A stretch of DNA of 52,947 nt, the filler included, from Dirinaria sp. TL-2023a (lineage: Eukaryota), in the NCBI GenBank assembly GCA_051941275.1. It is 3 parts of 3 records of this genome, joined end to end, with 100 filler letters (N's around TTAATTAATTAA, not from the genome) between each part and the next. Parts side by side here need not be neighbours in the genome. Positions count along the whole stretch, not along the records: positions 1 to 17,589 come from JAVEBF010000423.1; 2 more parts are not named here. One strand, 5' to 3'. Shown here one piece after another: positions 1 to 11,467 of the stretch; position 1 is the stretch's first letter, and the number at the start of each line of letters is the position of its first letter. Both the position numbers and the translations under genes were made by a program. The notes under the pieces are model-generated. The model saw nothing but the letters and a program-made list of their open reading frames with translations. It did no database searches and was not told the DNA's origin.

Positions 1-199
1 GTCTATACAGTATCTACACGGTAACTTTCGACTAATAAGGGTGTCTATACTGTTTTTCAGGAGCCACCGCGCCTTCTTGGTCCCAGGGAATCGTATATCT
101 TCGCTAAGGTAAGGTACAAGTCTTCCCGCACCAATTCAACCCCAGCCCCTCTACCTCCGCTTCTCCTGAAAGAGATTGCTGAGAGCAGGGCGGTGGTTG

Positions 200-775
200 T
201 GAGGTACTTACTCAGAAGGCTCATCAGATTGCCCACCAACGGCGTTGGGTCATTGTCCTTCACGATACAGGCGAACAATTGGACGTGCACAATATCATAC
301 TTGCCCACCATAGATTCTGGGAACGGTCGAAAGGCATCGTGGGCAAGAAGGGTGATGTTTTTCGGAAGCCACGCCTTCGGTGGACATTGCGCCAGTGACA
401 AATCGACAGACGTCGATGCAAGTGGCCGATGGGAGCTGGCGGCTGAGTTCAATTGGTCAGATGCTGAGGCCGAGTCTTTTGTATTAGCATACCCGATTGC
501 TCCAAATTGAGGAACTGGTGCAAGGCGTCGCTCTTACCAGGTACCAGTGCCCATGTCTGCAATCTTCAGATCTTCTTTGCCATCTACTTGTATTTGTGGA
601 TGGAGAAGACCGCCATATTTCTTCTTTCATTAGCTGGTGCTGGTGAGTGAGTCTGTTGGTGGTCAACTGTTGAACTATTGCTGTTTGAGCGGTACAAATG
701 ACTCTCATACCTCACGATGGAGCCGTAGTCTCGGCCTAGGATGTAATCGACTCGAGTATCATCTGAATTGGCCAT
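200..775 (-). pseudogene. Class I SAM-dependent methyltransferase (fungal LaeA-like/Methyltransf_23 type), disabled; 3' part not recognisable in window
   Basis: Spliced reading gives MANSDDTRVDYILGRDYGSIVR/LTHQHQLM..YGGLLHPQIQVDGKEDLKIADMGTGT/CI*PIELSRQLPSA..DLSLAQCPPKAWLPKNITLLAHDAFRPFPESMVGKYDIVHVQLF. This contains SAM motif I (ADMGTG). It needs a +1 frameshift near 625, an in-frame TGA at 457-459 (expected Trp of IWxxEL) and another +1 frameshift near 410. Confidence 0.75.
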
Positions 776-1631
776 TGCTACAGAGCTATAAGGGGTTTTC
801 GATATTTATGCCAACATCGGAGAATTTAGTGAGGACAGGTAAGTATGTTTTCTTGATGTTTCTGTTGACAAGAGCTACGAAGCCACCATGTGGGCGGAGA
901 GTTTCTCAAGGGGAATTTGCGGGGAGGGCGCGGAGAGAGTAAGCTCCATCGAGAAAAAAAAAAGTTAAAAAATCTGAATAGAATTTTAGTAATTGCAGAT
1001 GGGGATGGAGATGGAGATGAAGATGGAGATGAAGAAAGAAAAAAAGGAGGGAGTATTTCTAGTATGTACCCCGGCCCCCCCAGCTCTATCATCGCATCCT
1101 CTGCAAAATTTCGAAAAACCTTTCCCCATCATGTTCTTTGAAACCAATAGTAGGATTACCTTAATGTAGTATCCTATGAGTGCGCACGACTCGAAGTCGG
1201 ATTCACTGAGAAAACTCAGCTAGCTATTAGCTATGTGCAAACGAGAGCAAACAAAAGTGTGTGTGTGTGGCGACGACAATCTTCGGCGGCCGCGCCCAAA
1301 ATAAAAAAGCACACACAGTGAACTTGTCCGAAGAAATCTATATTCTTGACAGGTCTAGTAGATCCACATAGGCTGATGAATGAATTACCTTACACATTGA
1401 GTCTCTTCCGCTTTCTGTTTTCCTTCTATTCAGTAAATCAATCGCTCCGGCCATATACAAGCTTAATCTCTTATGGCTGGTTAAATGAGAAAAAAAGAGA
1501 GAAACCAGGAACTCGGCTGTTCACTGCGTACGAAGCACACAGCAAGAGCGAAGCGCATTCTCTGATGAGTAGTTGTGATAAAGGAAGCACGGTATGGAAA
1601 CAATTCATTTTCCACCACACACCTCTAAATT

Positions 1632-3368
1632 TCAAACCTTCATCCCCACTAACTGCTCCGACGCAAGTACTCTCGCGCCGTAGACGGCCTTGAAAAGCCT
1701 AGTCCATTCCCCTGCAGGCAAATGCAGCCCCAAGGTACAATCTTCCAAAAGGGTGACGTAGAACCCTTTCTGGAATGCCGTCCTCGCAGTCGCGTCGACG
1801 CACACATCGGAGTACAGGCCGAGCAACACCAGGTGCTCGTATCCGCGCTCCTTGAGATACGCTTCGAAGCCAGGACACAGGAACGCGTCGAAAAGGGCGC
1901 GCTTGTCAAAAACGCGCTCGCCAGGAGCGGGCTGCACAGGAGCGATGAAGTCGGCGCCGGGGGTGCCGGCGAGGCAGAAGGGCTTCCGGTTGAGGATGCG
2001 GTTGCGGTATTGCCAGCTGGGAGATTGGTACTCCACGTCGCCTAGGAAACGGAGAAAGATCACTTCGCGGTGTTGCGCGCGAAAGGAATTGATCACACGA
2101 GATGTGTTGGCGGCCAGCGAGGCGGTGCGCGATACAGCATCTGGATCTGCTTCATTTGGAGGCGGGGCGAAGTCGTTTTGGAAGTCGATGACCAACAAAG
2201 CAGTGCTCATTCCCATGGCCAGACGCGCTGCATCAGGTACGTAGCGTTTTTCATCGTCTGGAAAAGGGTGGTCCATTTTGTCGGTACTCGATGGCGACAA
2301 CTCATCTGCTAGGTGTGCAAGGGCCGCGTCGACGAACTCCGAAGTCGTCATGCTGCCTCCTTGATCAGGGGTGGCATTGTCCTGCCTGAGCAAGGTTTCA
2401 ATCGTTCGGTTCATGGCTTCTTCGACCCCATTACAAGATCCGTGGCGTTCGAGAATTGCAGCGGCGGCTTTCATAGTCGCAGAAGGATTCACTTTCGCTT
2501 TACCCACGAGGTCATCGGCCGAACCATGAACTGTCTGATATTCGCTAAGATTATGCATTTCAGGATGGAGGTAGACGTTCTCTGCGTAAGAGGTTTCCTG
2601 GACTCCTTGACCAAAGGTGTCCAAGAGAACGGCTTGCATGATATCCGCATACCCGTTGCTCGCGATAATTAATCGATGGCCTTGAACACCGAAGGCGAGC
2701 AGATTCCTGTTCATTGTGTCTGGCTGGATAAATTCGATTCTGACACCATGCTCGTCGGATAAGTCCCTAGCCTAGAAGTCGAAAATGCCATCGAAGAGAT
2801 GATGCTTATACACCATCGTTATATAATCTATGGTATTTTCACCCCAAATTCCACGAGCTCGCCTCAGTGAGTAGGACACGATGCGACTAATCAATTGCTT
2901 GCTGGATTGGCATGTACGAGCCAATGTCTCATTTACCGCGTCGTATTTATTTGATCCGGTATAAAAGCCTTGTGCCTGGTCACGGACGAGCAGCACAGAG
3001 GCAGATCCTTGACGCAAGCTGAAGTATTCTACCTTAACAGCCTCGAGATGCTGCCGTACCAGATATAGGGGTTGCGCAGTGATCGCTGTTCTAAAAATGG
3101 CACGAGTGCCACGTAGAGCTTCTTCTCTACAGAAACTCTCGTAGTCTGAGGCATCGTTCATTGTTTCTCCGTAGATGTGCTGGTGGTCGTCTCCGGCGGA
3201 GAAGAGCGAGGAATAAGAGTGGTATATTCTGGAGGAACGGCTAATCTCAACTTCCACAGAATAATACCTCGCTATGTTGACCAAGACTCTCTCGAAGACT
3301 TCTGCTAGCTCCATTCCCGTACCTTGACCGATGGCGAGGCCCACTCTGAGAGCTCCTACTCCATCCAT
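1632..3368 (-). pseudogene. Fusion of an isocitrate/isopropylmalate (beta-decarboxylating) dehydrogenase-like domain and an isochorismatase-family cysteine hydrolase, about 578 codons, intronless, interrupted by one in-frame TAG at 2772-2774 (pseudogene, recoded gene or sequencing error)
   Basis: ORFs 2772..3383 and 1632..2714 are in the same frame: ...DGIFDF-TAG-ARDLSDEHGVRIEFIQPDT-MNRNLL. IMDH/IDH-like motifs: AIGQGTGMELA, LLVRDQAQGFYTG, IASNGYADIM, QTVHGSADDLVGKAKVNPSA, TPDQGGSMTT. Isochorismatase motifs: ALLVIDFQNDF, FDK, GLYSDVCVDATARTAF (D-K-C triad). First ATG is at 3368. Confidence 0.8.
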
Positions 3369-5125
3369 CCTTGCAAGTTGCACTAAGAACCTGAGTCAAG
3401 ACCAAGATCTGTGGGAGAGATATCAGTGAACAGGTCGGAAACTGACACCGAAATTTAGAGAAAGAACTGCCTTTGAAGGCAGACGAATATTATTAGGCTC
3501 TGATCGAGCTTTACTCGTAGAAAATTAGCAAAACTATAGGAATACGGGATTTGAGCGATTCAAGTCACAAGAGATGGTGGGCAGAGAGCAACCTCGACCT
3601 ACTAGCAGATTCTGTGGCATATCTCACGGTATTTATCACATGCAAGGCAAATTCGATGATAACGGCGAAGTCAAGTCCGTAGATAATCGGGGGTCATGAT
3701 GTTTTCGTATGCGTGCGTGCATGCATGCAGGATCCCTAAGAGGAAAGCATGCACCTGACGTGTTGTTGCCTAGCATATAATACGTAGGTAGAAGAGCATA
3801 ATAGGTGCGGTGAGCCTAGAACGGATGCTATTTTTCAAGGGTTGTAGGTGGTAGATGCGGAGGTCTAGGTAATAATCATTCAGGCGAAGGTACCTTAGAC
3901 TGCTGCACATCGTGCTTACCCTCTAAGCCCTGCACTACGGAGGAATCTCTGTCCGTGGTGGAAGCGAGTTGGTGGGTCAGTAGATAGACGGCTAAAGGGA
4001 GCTGCATCATGAAAGCCCAACTTGAAACAACCTCATGGCAAGGTAAAATGGGAAATCCGATGTAGTTCACCTCATCATTGACCCTTAAAACGCGCCAAAA
4101 ACGGGAACCATTGAGTGGTTGAAGACGGCAACAGACCTCTAGACGTAATGGATAATAATGTCAAATCGCGAGTGATGCTATGAGCGGAAAAAATGCCTTA
4201 CCGCCTGGCATCGCTTTATTCAAGCTAGATGGGCGAGGGAATCATGTAAGACCAAAACACCCACAGTCGCGCGGTCTTAAGGCGGCGCTCACCCGAGGCC
4301 TGAAAAGAAATTGAGGTGTGGGGTGGAAGGGGGGGGGGAAGATTCTTGTGTTCTTCTTGTGCCAGGCCCGAGCTCAGTCAAGAGCTTTCACGAGGTGGCC
4401 GCCGCTTTTAACGAGTCAGCTGAGTGACCAGAGGTAAGTTGACACCTCATCAAGTAGGCACACAGTCAATGCCTGTTGGAGCACGAAAACCCTACGCGGT
4501 AGACCACGTCAAAGCAATCTTCTCCATTTCTGCACACTGCAGCACGAAGGTTCGCGAGCTCAATGAGGCTGAAATGCAGAACATGATTGGAAGAACCAAA
4601 TCAATGTTCGCTGAAGAGATTGTCATATATCCCAGGATGAGAGAAGTCATACACCAAGTCTACAGTACACCGATGGGATTATCGGTTGCTTCAGGACCGA
4701 GAAAGGTCTATGCAAGATTGATGACCAGCATCCATACTGCGAATTCAAATGTCTGCGCGATCAACAGGTAGTAAGTTCCTTAAGGTGCTCAAAGCGGAAG
4801 AGAGGGTTGTGCATGATGAGAAAGGCGTTTCTCCGTGTTAAGGAATTATGGGTCAGGTAAGGTAGATGAAGTAGGGGTGGGTGGACAGTGTGGCCTGCTT
4901 CATTGACGGACAGGCTTTCGGCAATATGTATTTCTAGATATTGGGAGAATAGTCTTTTTCGGCACTTCTCATCCATCTGCTAGCTCGTCTGAAATGCTAA
5001 GGCTGCCTAAGAGAACGCTGAAGCTGTCCATGAACATGAAGAGAGGTTTTGGAGACTTATCTTAAGTACTAGTCGTCCTATTTCTTCTGGTAGATTTTAA
5101 TTCAAGAGCTACATTATGTCTCTGC

Positions 5126-6550
5126 TCATGTCGTCTTAACAACAGCCCCAATCGCGCTTCGTAACGGCGTATTATGCTCTGGCGACGGATTATACATTCC
5201 CCCCTTTCCCTGCGGCTCCTGCACAAACGCCACCTCCACTCCCTTCCGAAACAACAAGCAATGCGTACTGCCTCCAAAATGGAACATTCCCAGCTGTTCT
5301 CCCGCCTTGATGTGCTGCCCCTCCCTGACCGTAATCTCATTGGAACTAACCTCACACATACCGAATGCCACGAAGCCCATCAGTCCGATATCCGGGTTAT
5401 CTGCTTGAATTAAGATAACCGCGCGGGCAGCTACGGAGGTAATATACGCCTGGGAATTGGTCGGCGCCAGCGGGTCTGGGCCGCCTTGATCTTTGGGGTT
5501 GGCAAACCCCTCGAAGTAGTTGGCCGAGTAGTACGTCCCGGGGACGTTAAAAGCGCGAACGATGGTGCCGTCAACAGGGCTGTGCCAGCGGTGATAGCTC
5601 AGTGCGCTGAGAAAGGCTTGATAGACGGTGCCGTGCTCGAATTGCGGAGTAAAGGAGTCATTGTCTAGCATGCGGGAGAGGGAGTAGGGCTGGTTTTTGA
5701 ACCAGAATTCAGCATGGGTGTGGACGTCATTGTGGCGGCGAAGGAAGACAGGCGTGGATTCGCAAGCGTTGTAAATTAAGGCAGAAGAGTCAAGGTTGAT
5801 GGGAGGGATGAAGCTGGGAAAGTCGGGTCTTTGCTGATTTAGTTGGTTGAGGAAGTTGTCGTCGATTGCTGTTTGAAGGGGGCGCTTGTCCGCTTGGAAC
5901 TCACGGATAAAGAAATCATCCCAAGATTTGTAGCCATAGTGTGGGGCAGACTTATCGCAGACATAGAGCTGATCAAATGTGTAGGAGGTTACGCCATTAT
6001 TTCCTATGATAGATAGTTCATTCAGTGCTACACTGCTTAACCAGCCGTCATCACGATCCGTGAGGACATTCGTGGAATCCGGCGAGCCCATGTAGACCGC
6101 CCATCGCCGAAGAATCTTGGCCCACTGCTCATTGACATCCGGGCGGAGGAAGAAGGCGTTGCCGGAACTCGTACACATAGGCCATTCGATGATAGCACTA
6201 ATAGGAAAACCAATGAGCCCAACTTTGTTAGCTATCTGGCTCCATTTTGGTGCACTGTCCATGATATGGTCCAGAAGCCGAAGCATGTGCCTGAAGTCGC
6301 GGACTTGAGGATCGAATTCTGGATCATGGTTGTACGGCGGCTTTTCAGGCACTTCCGTAAACATCAAAGATGCGAGTATCTTGAGAGTAATATCGTCCTC
6401 TACCAGCTTCTCGAAATCTTGAAGTTCCCGTTTCAGATGCTTGTCTGGTAGGTTATCAATATGATCAATTGAATTACCCAGCCATTGTTGGACCGCTTGA
6501 AGGTCTTTCGGTAGCCAATGACCAAGACTATGTTTGTGAACATCCATCAT
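5126..6550 (-). CDS. Phosphatidylserine decarboxylase-like protein, PsiD (L-tryptophan decarboxylase) family, pyruvoyl-dependent; intronless
   Basis: ORF contains GLIGFPI, YKSWDDFFIREF, NACES, FKNQPYSL, YQAFLSALSYHRWHSPVDG, GMCEVSS and the self-cleavage motif GMFHFGGSTH. First ATG is at 6550. Confidence 0.9.
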   Translation of the reverse strand: MMDVHKHSLGHWLPKDLQAVQQWLGNSIDHIDNLPDKHLKRELQDFEKLVEDDITLKILASLMFTEVPEKPPYNHDPEFDPQVRDFRHMLRLLDHIMDSAPKWSQIANKVGLIGFPISAIIEWPMCTSSGNAFFLRPDVNEQWAKILRRWAVYMGSPDSTNVLTDRDDGWLSSVALNELSIIGNNGVTSYTFDQLYVCDKSAPHYGYKSWDDFFIREFQADKRPLQTAIDDNFLNQLNQQRPDFPSFIPPINLDSSALIYNACESTPVFLRRHNDVHTHAEFWFKNQPYSLSRMLDNDSFTPQFEHGTVYQAFLSALSYHRWHSPVDGTIVRAFNVPGTYYSANYFEGFANPKDQGGPDPLAPTNSQAYITSVAARAVILIQADNPDIGLMGFVAFGMCEVSSNEITVREGQHIKAGEQLGMFHFGGSTHCLLFRKGVEVAFVQEPQGKGGMYNPSPEHNTPLRSAIGAVVKTT

Positions 6551-9131
6551 AGGAAGAGACAGCCGCAAAAGTTCTCTTAGCGAGTCAGGTTTTGTGATTT
6601 TCGAAAAGTTTAAGGGGGAAAAGGTCACGGTGGACCGGGTTTATATGCATATTCGCAGAAGTAGACTGAAAGCGTAAAACATTTCATGCTAGCTGAGTGG
6701 ACTCCAAGTGTCAGTTGATTATTTGACGTATGAAGCGCTCCGGTAACCGTCATTGCCACGTCTTCAAGCTTCGTATAAGGGGCGCATATGTGACATGTCG
6801 AAAATGTCAGTCATCTCTAGAAAGCCGTTTACCTTGTCTTGCTTCTTCACGCTTCCACGTAGCATGCAAGTTCTGCGGCGTATGCTGATCAAAGTCCCTA
6901 TTATGCATCACCTTTTCGTGGTGGAGAGTTGATAGAGCATAGGTACTATTCAGATGACTCTTAAATCCTGCTGCATGACGAGAACAGCGGCAGACGCTTG
7001 AGACGATCTAAAAACATTCGAGATAAACCTAGTCTAGTTTCTCCGCTGTACTCGCGGAAAATAACATGACTGACGATTGAAATTGAGCTAGCTCTACGTA
7101 TGATGTTCAAATCGAAGGGTGCGACTCTATGCATACCTTAGTAACCAAATTGACTTGCGGGAGAGGTGGGGCATGGATGCTAGAACCGAGCGATCTACCG
7201 TGGATAAGCCAATGTGTTGGAAATCATTGAACGCCATGATGATTTCTGGGGCGTCATTGACCCCCTATATACCTTAACTTTGACCCCTAATAACGGGTCG
7301 CCAATAGGTAGGTACCTTAGTATCTGACCACTTACCTCATTAATACCAAATGGGTAAGGTGCACCGAGCGAGAGAATGATTTCGATGATCTGTTCGAAGC
7401 GAGAAGGTTACATAGATGAGAAAAGGACGCACCTGAGTTGGCCCTTATGATTCGAGCTAGGTCAAGGACCTGATCGAAGTGTCATTGCGGTGAGGTTGCA
7501 CTAATTACCTTAGTCATAAGGTCGTACCCGCTTGCTACACGCCGGCTAGATAGTGTGAAAGACTTGGTAGTGTAGTAGCCTTGCTTGCTATCTGATACTA
7601 TAGCCCTTGCTAGAAAGAATCACAAGGAACTCTCAGGAAAGGTGAATGATCTATATAACTGCGAATCTCAGCGCTGTCTTATTATGATGTCTTATCATGA
7701 CGAGCTCCGCGCCAAATAATCAGAAGGATCAGTCAATACAACAATCTATAAGCGTCGATTTTTCACTGGCTTTTATGGAACAATAATACCATAGATGGCC
7801 ATGCACACGATGTAGTGGGTAATAAAAAAGGTAAATGCTGTGGAATCAAGAGGTATCTAGGATACAAAGAATGATAGGTGTGGGAGCCAGGGACCTAAAT
7901 CAGATTTAGACCCCTCGGACGTGCCTCCGCAAACACCCTAGTCGTAAACCTACATTATTAAATAGGTACAATCATCCTCCACTTTTATAGGCCCTGCTCT
8001 GGGATGGTCAAATCCATAGCCTAACGCTTACTCAGCTTTATTCAGTCTTGACTTCGGCAGTTTACCTATCTCTTCGAAGACGCTATTCTCGTGCATTCGC
8101 TTTAAGACGTCTATATTTTAAGCTTAACTTCTTTCTAGTAGCTAATAACTTGACGACGTTAATTCGTACTGATTAATATACATTAGTATCTCAAGTATTA
8201 CCATCATGTCTTTCTTCTTTTCTAAGCACTGATCTTCGGTGTATACAATCGATATCTCGTATTTCGAAGCTGATCAAAGTCTCTATGAAATCTTAAGAGA
8301 GATACCGAGCTCTGCACAGCAAACATGGCATGAGAGTTAGGGTCCAAACAGACTGGAAATCTAACTATAAGGCAAAAGAAGGAAAGGAGTCTAAGTACCG
8401 AAGGCGCAAGCAATGATAAATAAGGAGATCGAATCGATCATGAGTCCCGCGCGCAATTTCGATCGAATAAAAATAAAATAATCTCGTTAATAGTTAACTT
8501 GATACCTTATACTTAGATATCTCACACGTGTGATGTTATGCGGCGCTGGTTGGAATAGGTGGTAATAGTAAATAGCGATCCCATATGGGATTGGTCTTTT
8601 GATCCAAGTGAGCTTCCAAAAACGATCACGTTTGGCTAGGCCTTACACAGAATCACTTGAAGTCATCTCGGATTCCTCAGAGTCGCGACGTTAAAGCGAC
8701 GTTGACCCGAGGCCCGAGGTGAGGTTGGGGCAGATCTTTGCCTTCTTGGCTCTAAGAGTCCACTCCAGTCCTGGCTACTTTACCTTAGCTCGGGCGTGGT
8801 CAGTGCCCCTAAAGTGGTTGGTTACCTCAACTGAAGGAGCCCCAGGAGACCACCCGAGATTATCACCCGGACGCGCCCACTTGATACCTAGGATGCAGCT
8901 GTGCTCGCCAAAAGGCAACTGTAATCTAGACGACACAAATTTGGTGTTCATACGCCAGCCAGGACTTATGGTGTTAGTCGTCCGTACATTAGCCCTTCTC
9001 GCCCTTCTACCGTAACTCAAACATATATTGATTTCCTCAATACGCTGTAGTAAATTATCAAGGCGTCTACTTCTTCAGTCAAGCCACGCCCCGCAAATGT
9101 CTCCGACAACTAAAGGATCGCAATATCAACC

Positions 9132-11467
9132 ATGGCTCGCTTGCAGATCGTTGTCGCTCTCGCCACGGCGACCTTGGCTCTACTCTTTACCATCCACCTG
9201 ATTTCAACTTTTGGCTTGCCCGAATTAAAGTTCCTGCTGCTGGAGCACACGGATAAAAACTATGCTGCTTCAAGATCTCAGCAGCTGCCTTTGCATCCGA
9301 TACAGGGGAAACATGGGAGTGAACAGCACAGGACGGAATATCTACTGGGCGTTGGAAAGGCGGACATAACAGGGTATGCCGGTGTTGCATAAGATCTAGT
9401 GAGCTAAACTAAAGCATTTACTGTAGACCTGTGGTCGAGATAAATTTGATGGGATATGCGGATCCGAATCAAGTCGGTACTGGACTACGCCAACGCCTCT
9501 ACTCTCGTGCCTTCATTGTGGGGAGTATAGACAGGCCCGAAGATAGATTTGTCTACCTTGTCCTGGACACCCAATCAGGAGATACTGCGGTACGGGATGG
9601 CATACTTCGAGGACTTTCTGAACTTGGATCAGAGTATAGCCAATATACGAGTACGAATGTTGCCGTAACGGGCACGCACTCCCATTCAGGCCCTGGTGCC
9701 TGGCTCAACTATCTGTTACCTCAGATCACAAGCAAAGGCTTTGATAAGCAAAGCTATGCAGCCATCGTCAACGGTGCTCTACTTTCAATCCAACGAGCTC
9801 ATGAAAAACTTGGTCCAGGTTATCTAAGCATCGGCTCGGTCGAATTAGACCAGACGAACATCAACAGAAGTCCCTACGCCTACCTAGCGAATCCTGCCGA
9901 AGAGCGCGCGAAATATAATTATGATGTGGACAAGACCATGACTATGCTCGTATTCCAGAGCGCCACGAGCAGCAAGGATGTTGGCATCCTGACGTGGTTC
10001 CCTGTCCATGGAACATCTATGCTTGGTAATAACACGATGATTACCGGAGACAACAAAGGTGTTGCTGCACACCTGATGGAGAGAGCTTATCGAGATGGCA
10101 CTGGAGATCGAACGGATGCTACATTTGTAGCTGGCTTTTCCCAAGCGAACGTGGGCGATACTTCGCCGAATGTATTGGGTGCTTTTTGTGAGGATGGGTC
10201 AGGACAAAAGTGCAACTTCGAGGACAGCACCTGTAGCGGTCGCAACGAGCCTTGCCACGGCAGGGGCCCCTACTTCCGAAACAAAGATCAAGGAGCCTCT
10301 AGTTGCTTTGAGATTGGCCGTCGACAATTCAAAGCTGCGGCTTCCCTCTACGATGCTATGCACTCTAGTGGAAAATCAATCCGGGGTTCGGCGGTCAAAT
10401 CCTTACACACGTTTCATGATTTCTCTTCAATGAATTTCGCTCATCCCAACGGCTCCCTTGTCTCTACGTGTCCTGCAGCATTAGGCTACTCATTTGCCGC
10501 TGGAACGACTGATGGTCCTGGCGCTTTCGATTTCAAACAGAACAACACCGGCTCTCCAAACGCCAATCCAGTCTGGTCCGTCGTCCGCAATTTTCTGCGC
10601 GAACCAAGCGAGGAACAGAAGGCTTGTCACCACTCAAAACCTATACTGCTTGACGTAGGCGAGATTCATAGTCCGTATGCCTGGGCTCCCAACATCGTGG
10701 ACGTACAGCTATTGCGCGTCGGTCAATTGATTATCATCATTAGCCCGGGTGAAGCGACCACTATGGCGGGTCGTCGTTGGAAGGATGCCATCCACAAATC
10801 TGCCATTGCTGCTTCTATTACTGGCTCGGAAGAGCCAATAGTGGTTTTAGGTGGTCCTGCTAACAGCTATACGCATTACATTGCCACCGAAGAGGAATAT
10901 GGTATTCAGCGTTATGAAGGAGCTTCGACCATCTATGGCCCGCACACTCTCAACGCACATATCAATCTCACAACTCGCTATCTACCATATCTTCATTCGC
11001 ATAATAACGCTGAACCGGACCCTGGGCCACAGCCCCCGATTCACACCGACAAGTCACTTTCCTTCATTACTGGAGTTGCATATGACCGTGCTCCATTCTT
11101 TAAATCCTTCGGCGACGTACTCGAAGACGCCAAGCCGATCAGCGCGCGTGGCGAGACGGTGGAAGTCACCTTCGTGGGCGCAAACCCTCGCAATGATCTC
11201 AGACTAGAGGATACATATGTGGCTGTTGAGCAGCTTGTGGGTACGACCTGGGAGAAGGTCAGAGACGACGCAGATTGGGAACTGTTATTCCGCTGGCGAA
11301 GAACGAGTAGTGTGCTCGGCACCAGTGAGGTTCAGGTCGAGTGGGAAACTACTGAAGCGACTTGTCAAGGGAAGTACAGGATAAGGTATTGGGGTGCCAG
11401 CAAAACCCCGGTAACGGGGTCAATTGAGCAATTTGAAGGCAGAAGCGGAGAGTTTGAGATTGTTTGA
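9132..11467 (+). CDS. Neutral/alkaline non-lysosomal ceramidase with N-terminal signal anchor; intron 9374-9426
   Basis: Motifs YLLGVGKADITG/PVVEINLMGYA, GLRQRLYSRAF, GTHSHSGPG, NVGDTSPN, GTTDGPG, PGEATTMAGRR, QRYEGAST and GANPRN. The GT..AG intron restores the frame. Confidence 0.95.

Noticed and set aside
826..1141. ORFs with DGDGDGDEDGDE or SSSPSSSPSP
   Set aside because: These arise from a short (GGAGAT)n-like simple repeat and A-tracts in promoter DNA, with no protein signal.
200..6550. Psilocybin-type cluster (PsiD-like + methyltransferase)
   Set aside because: No PsiK-like kinase or linked P450 is present on this contig. The methyltransferase is a disabled LaeA-like type rather than METTL16-like PsiM.
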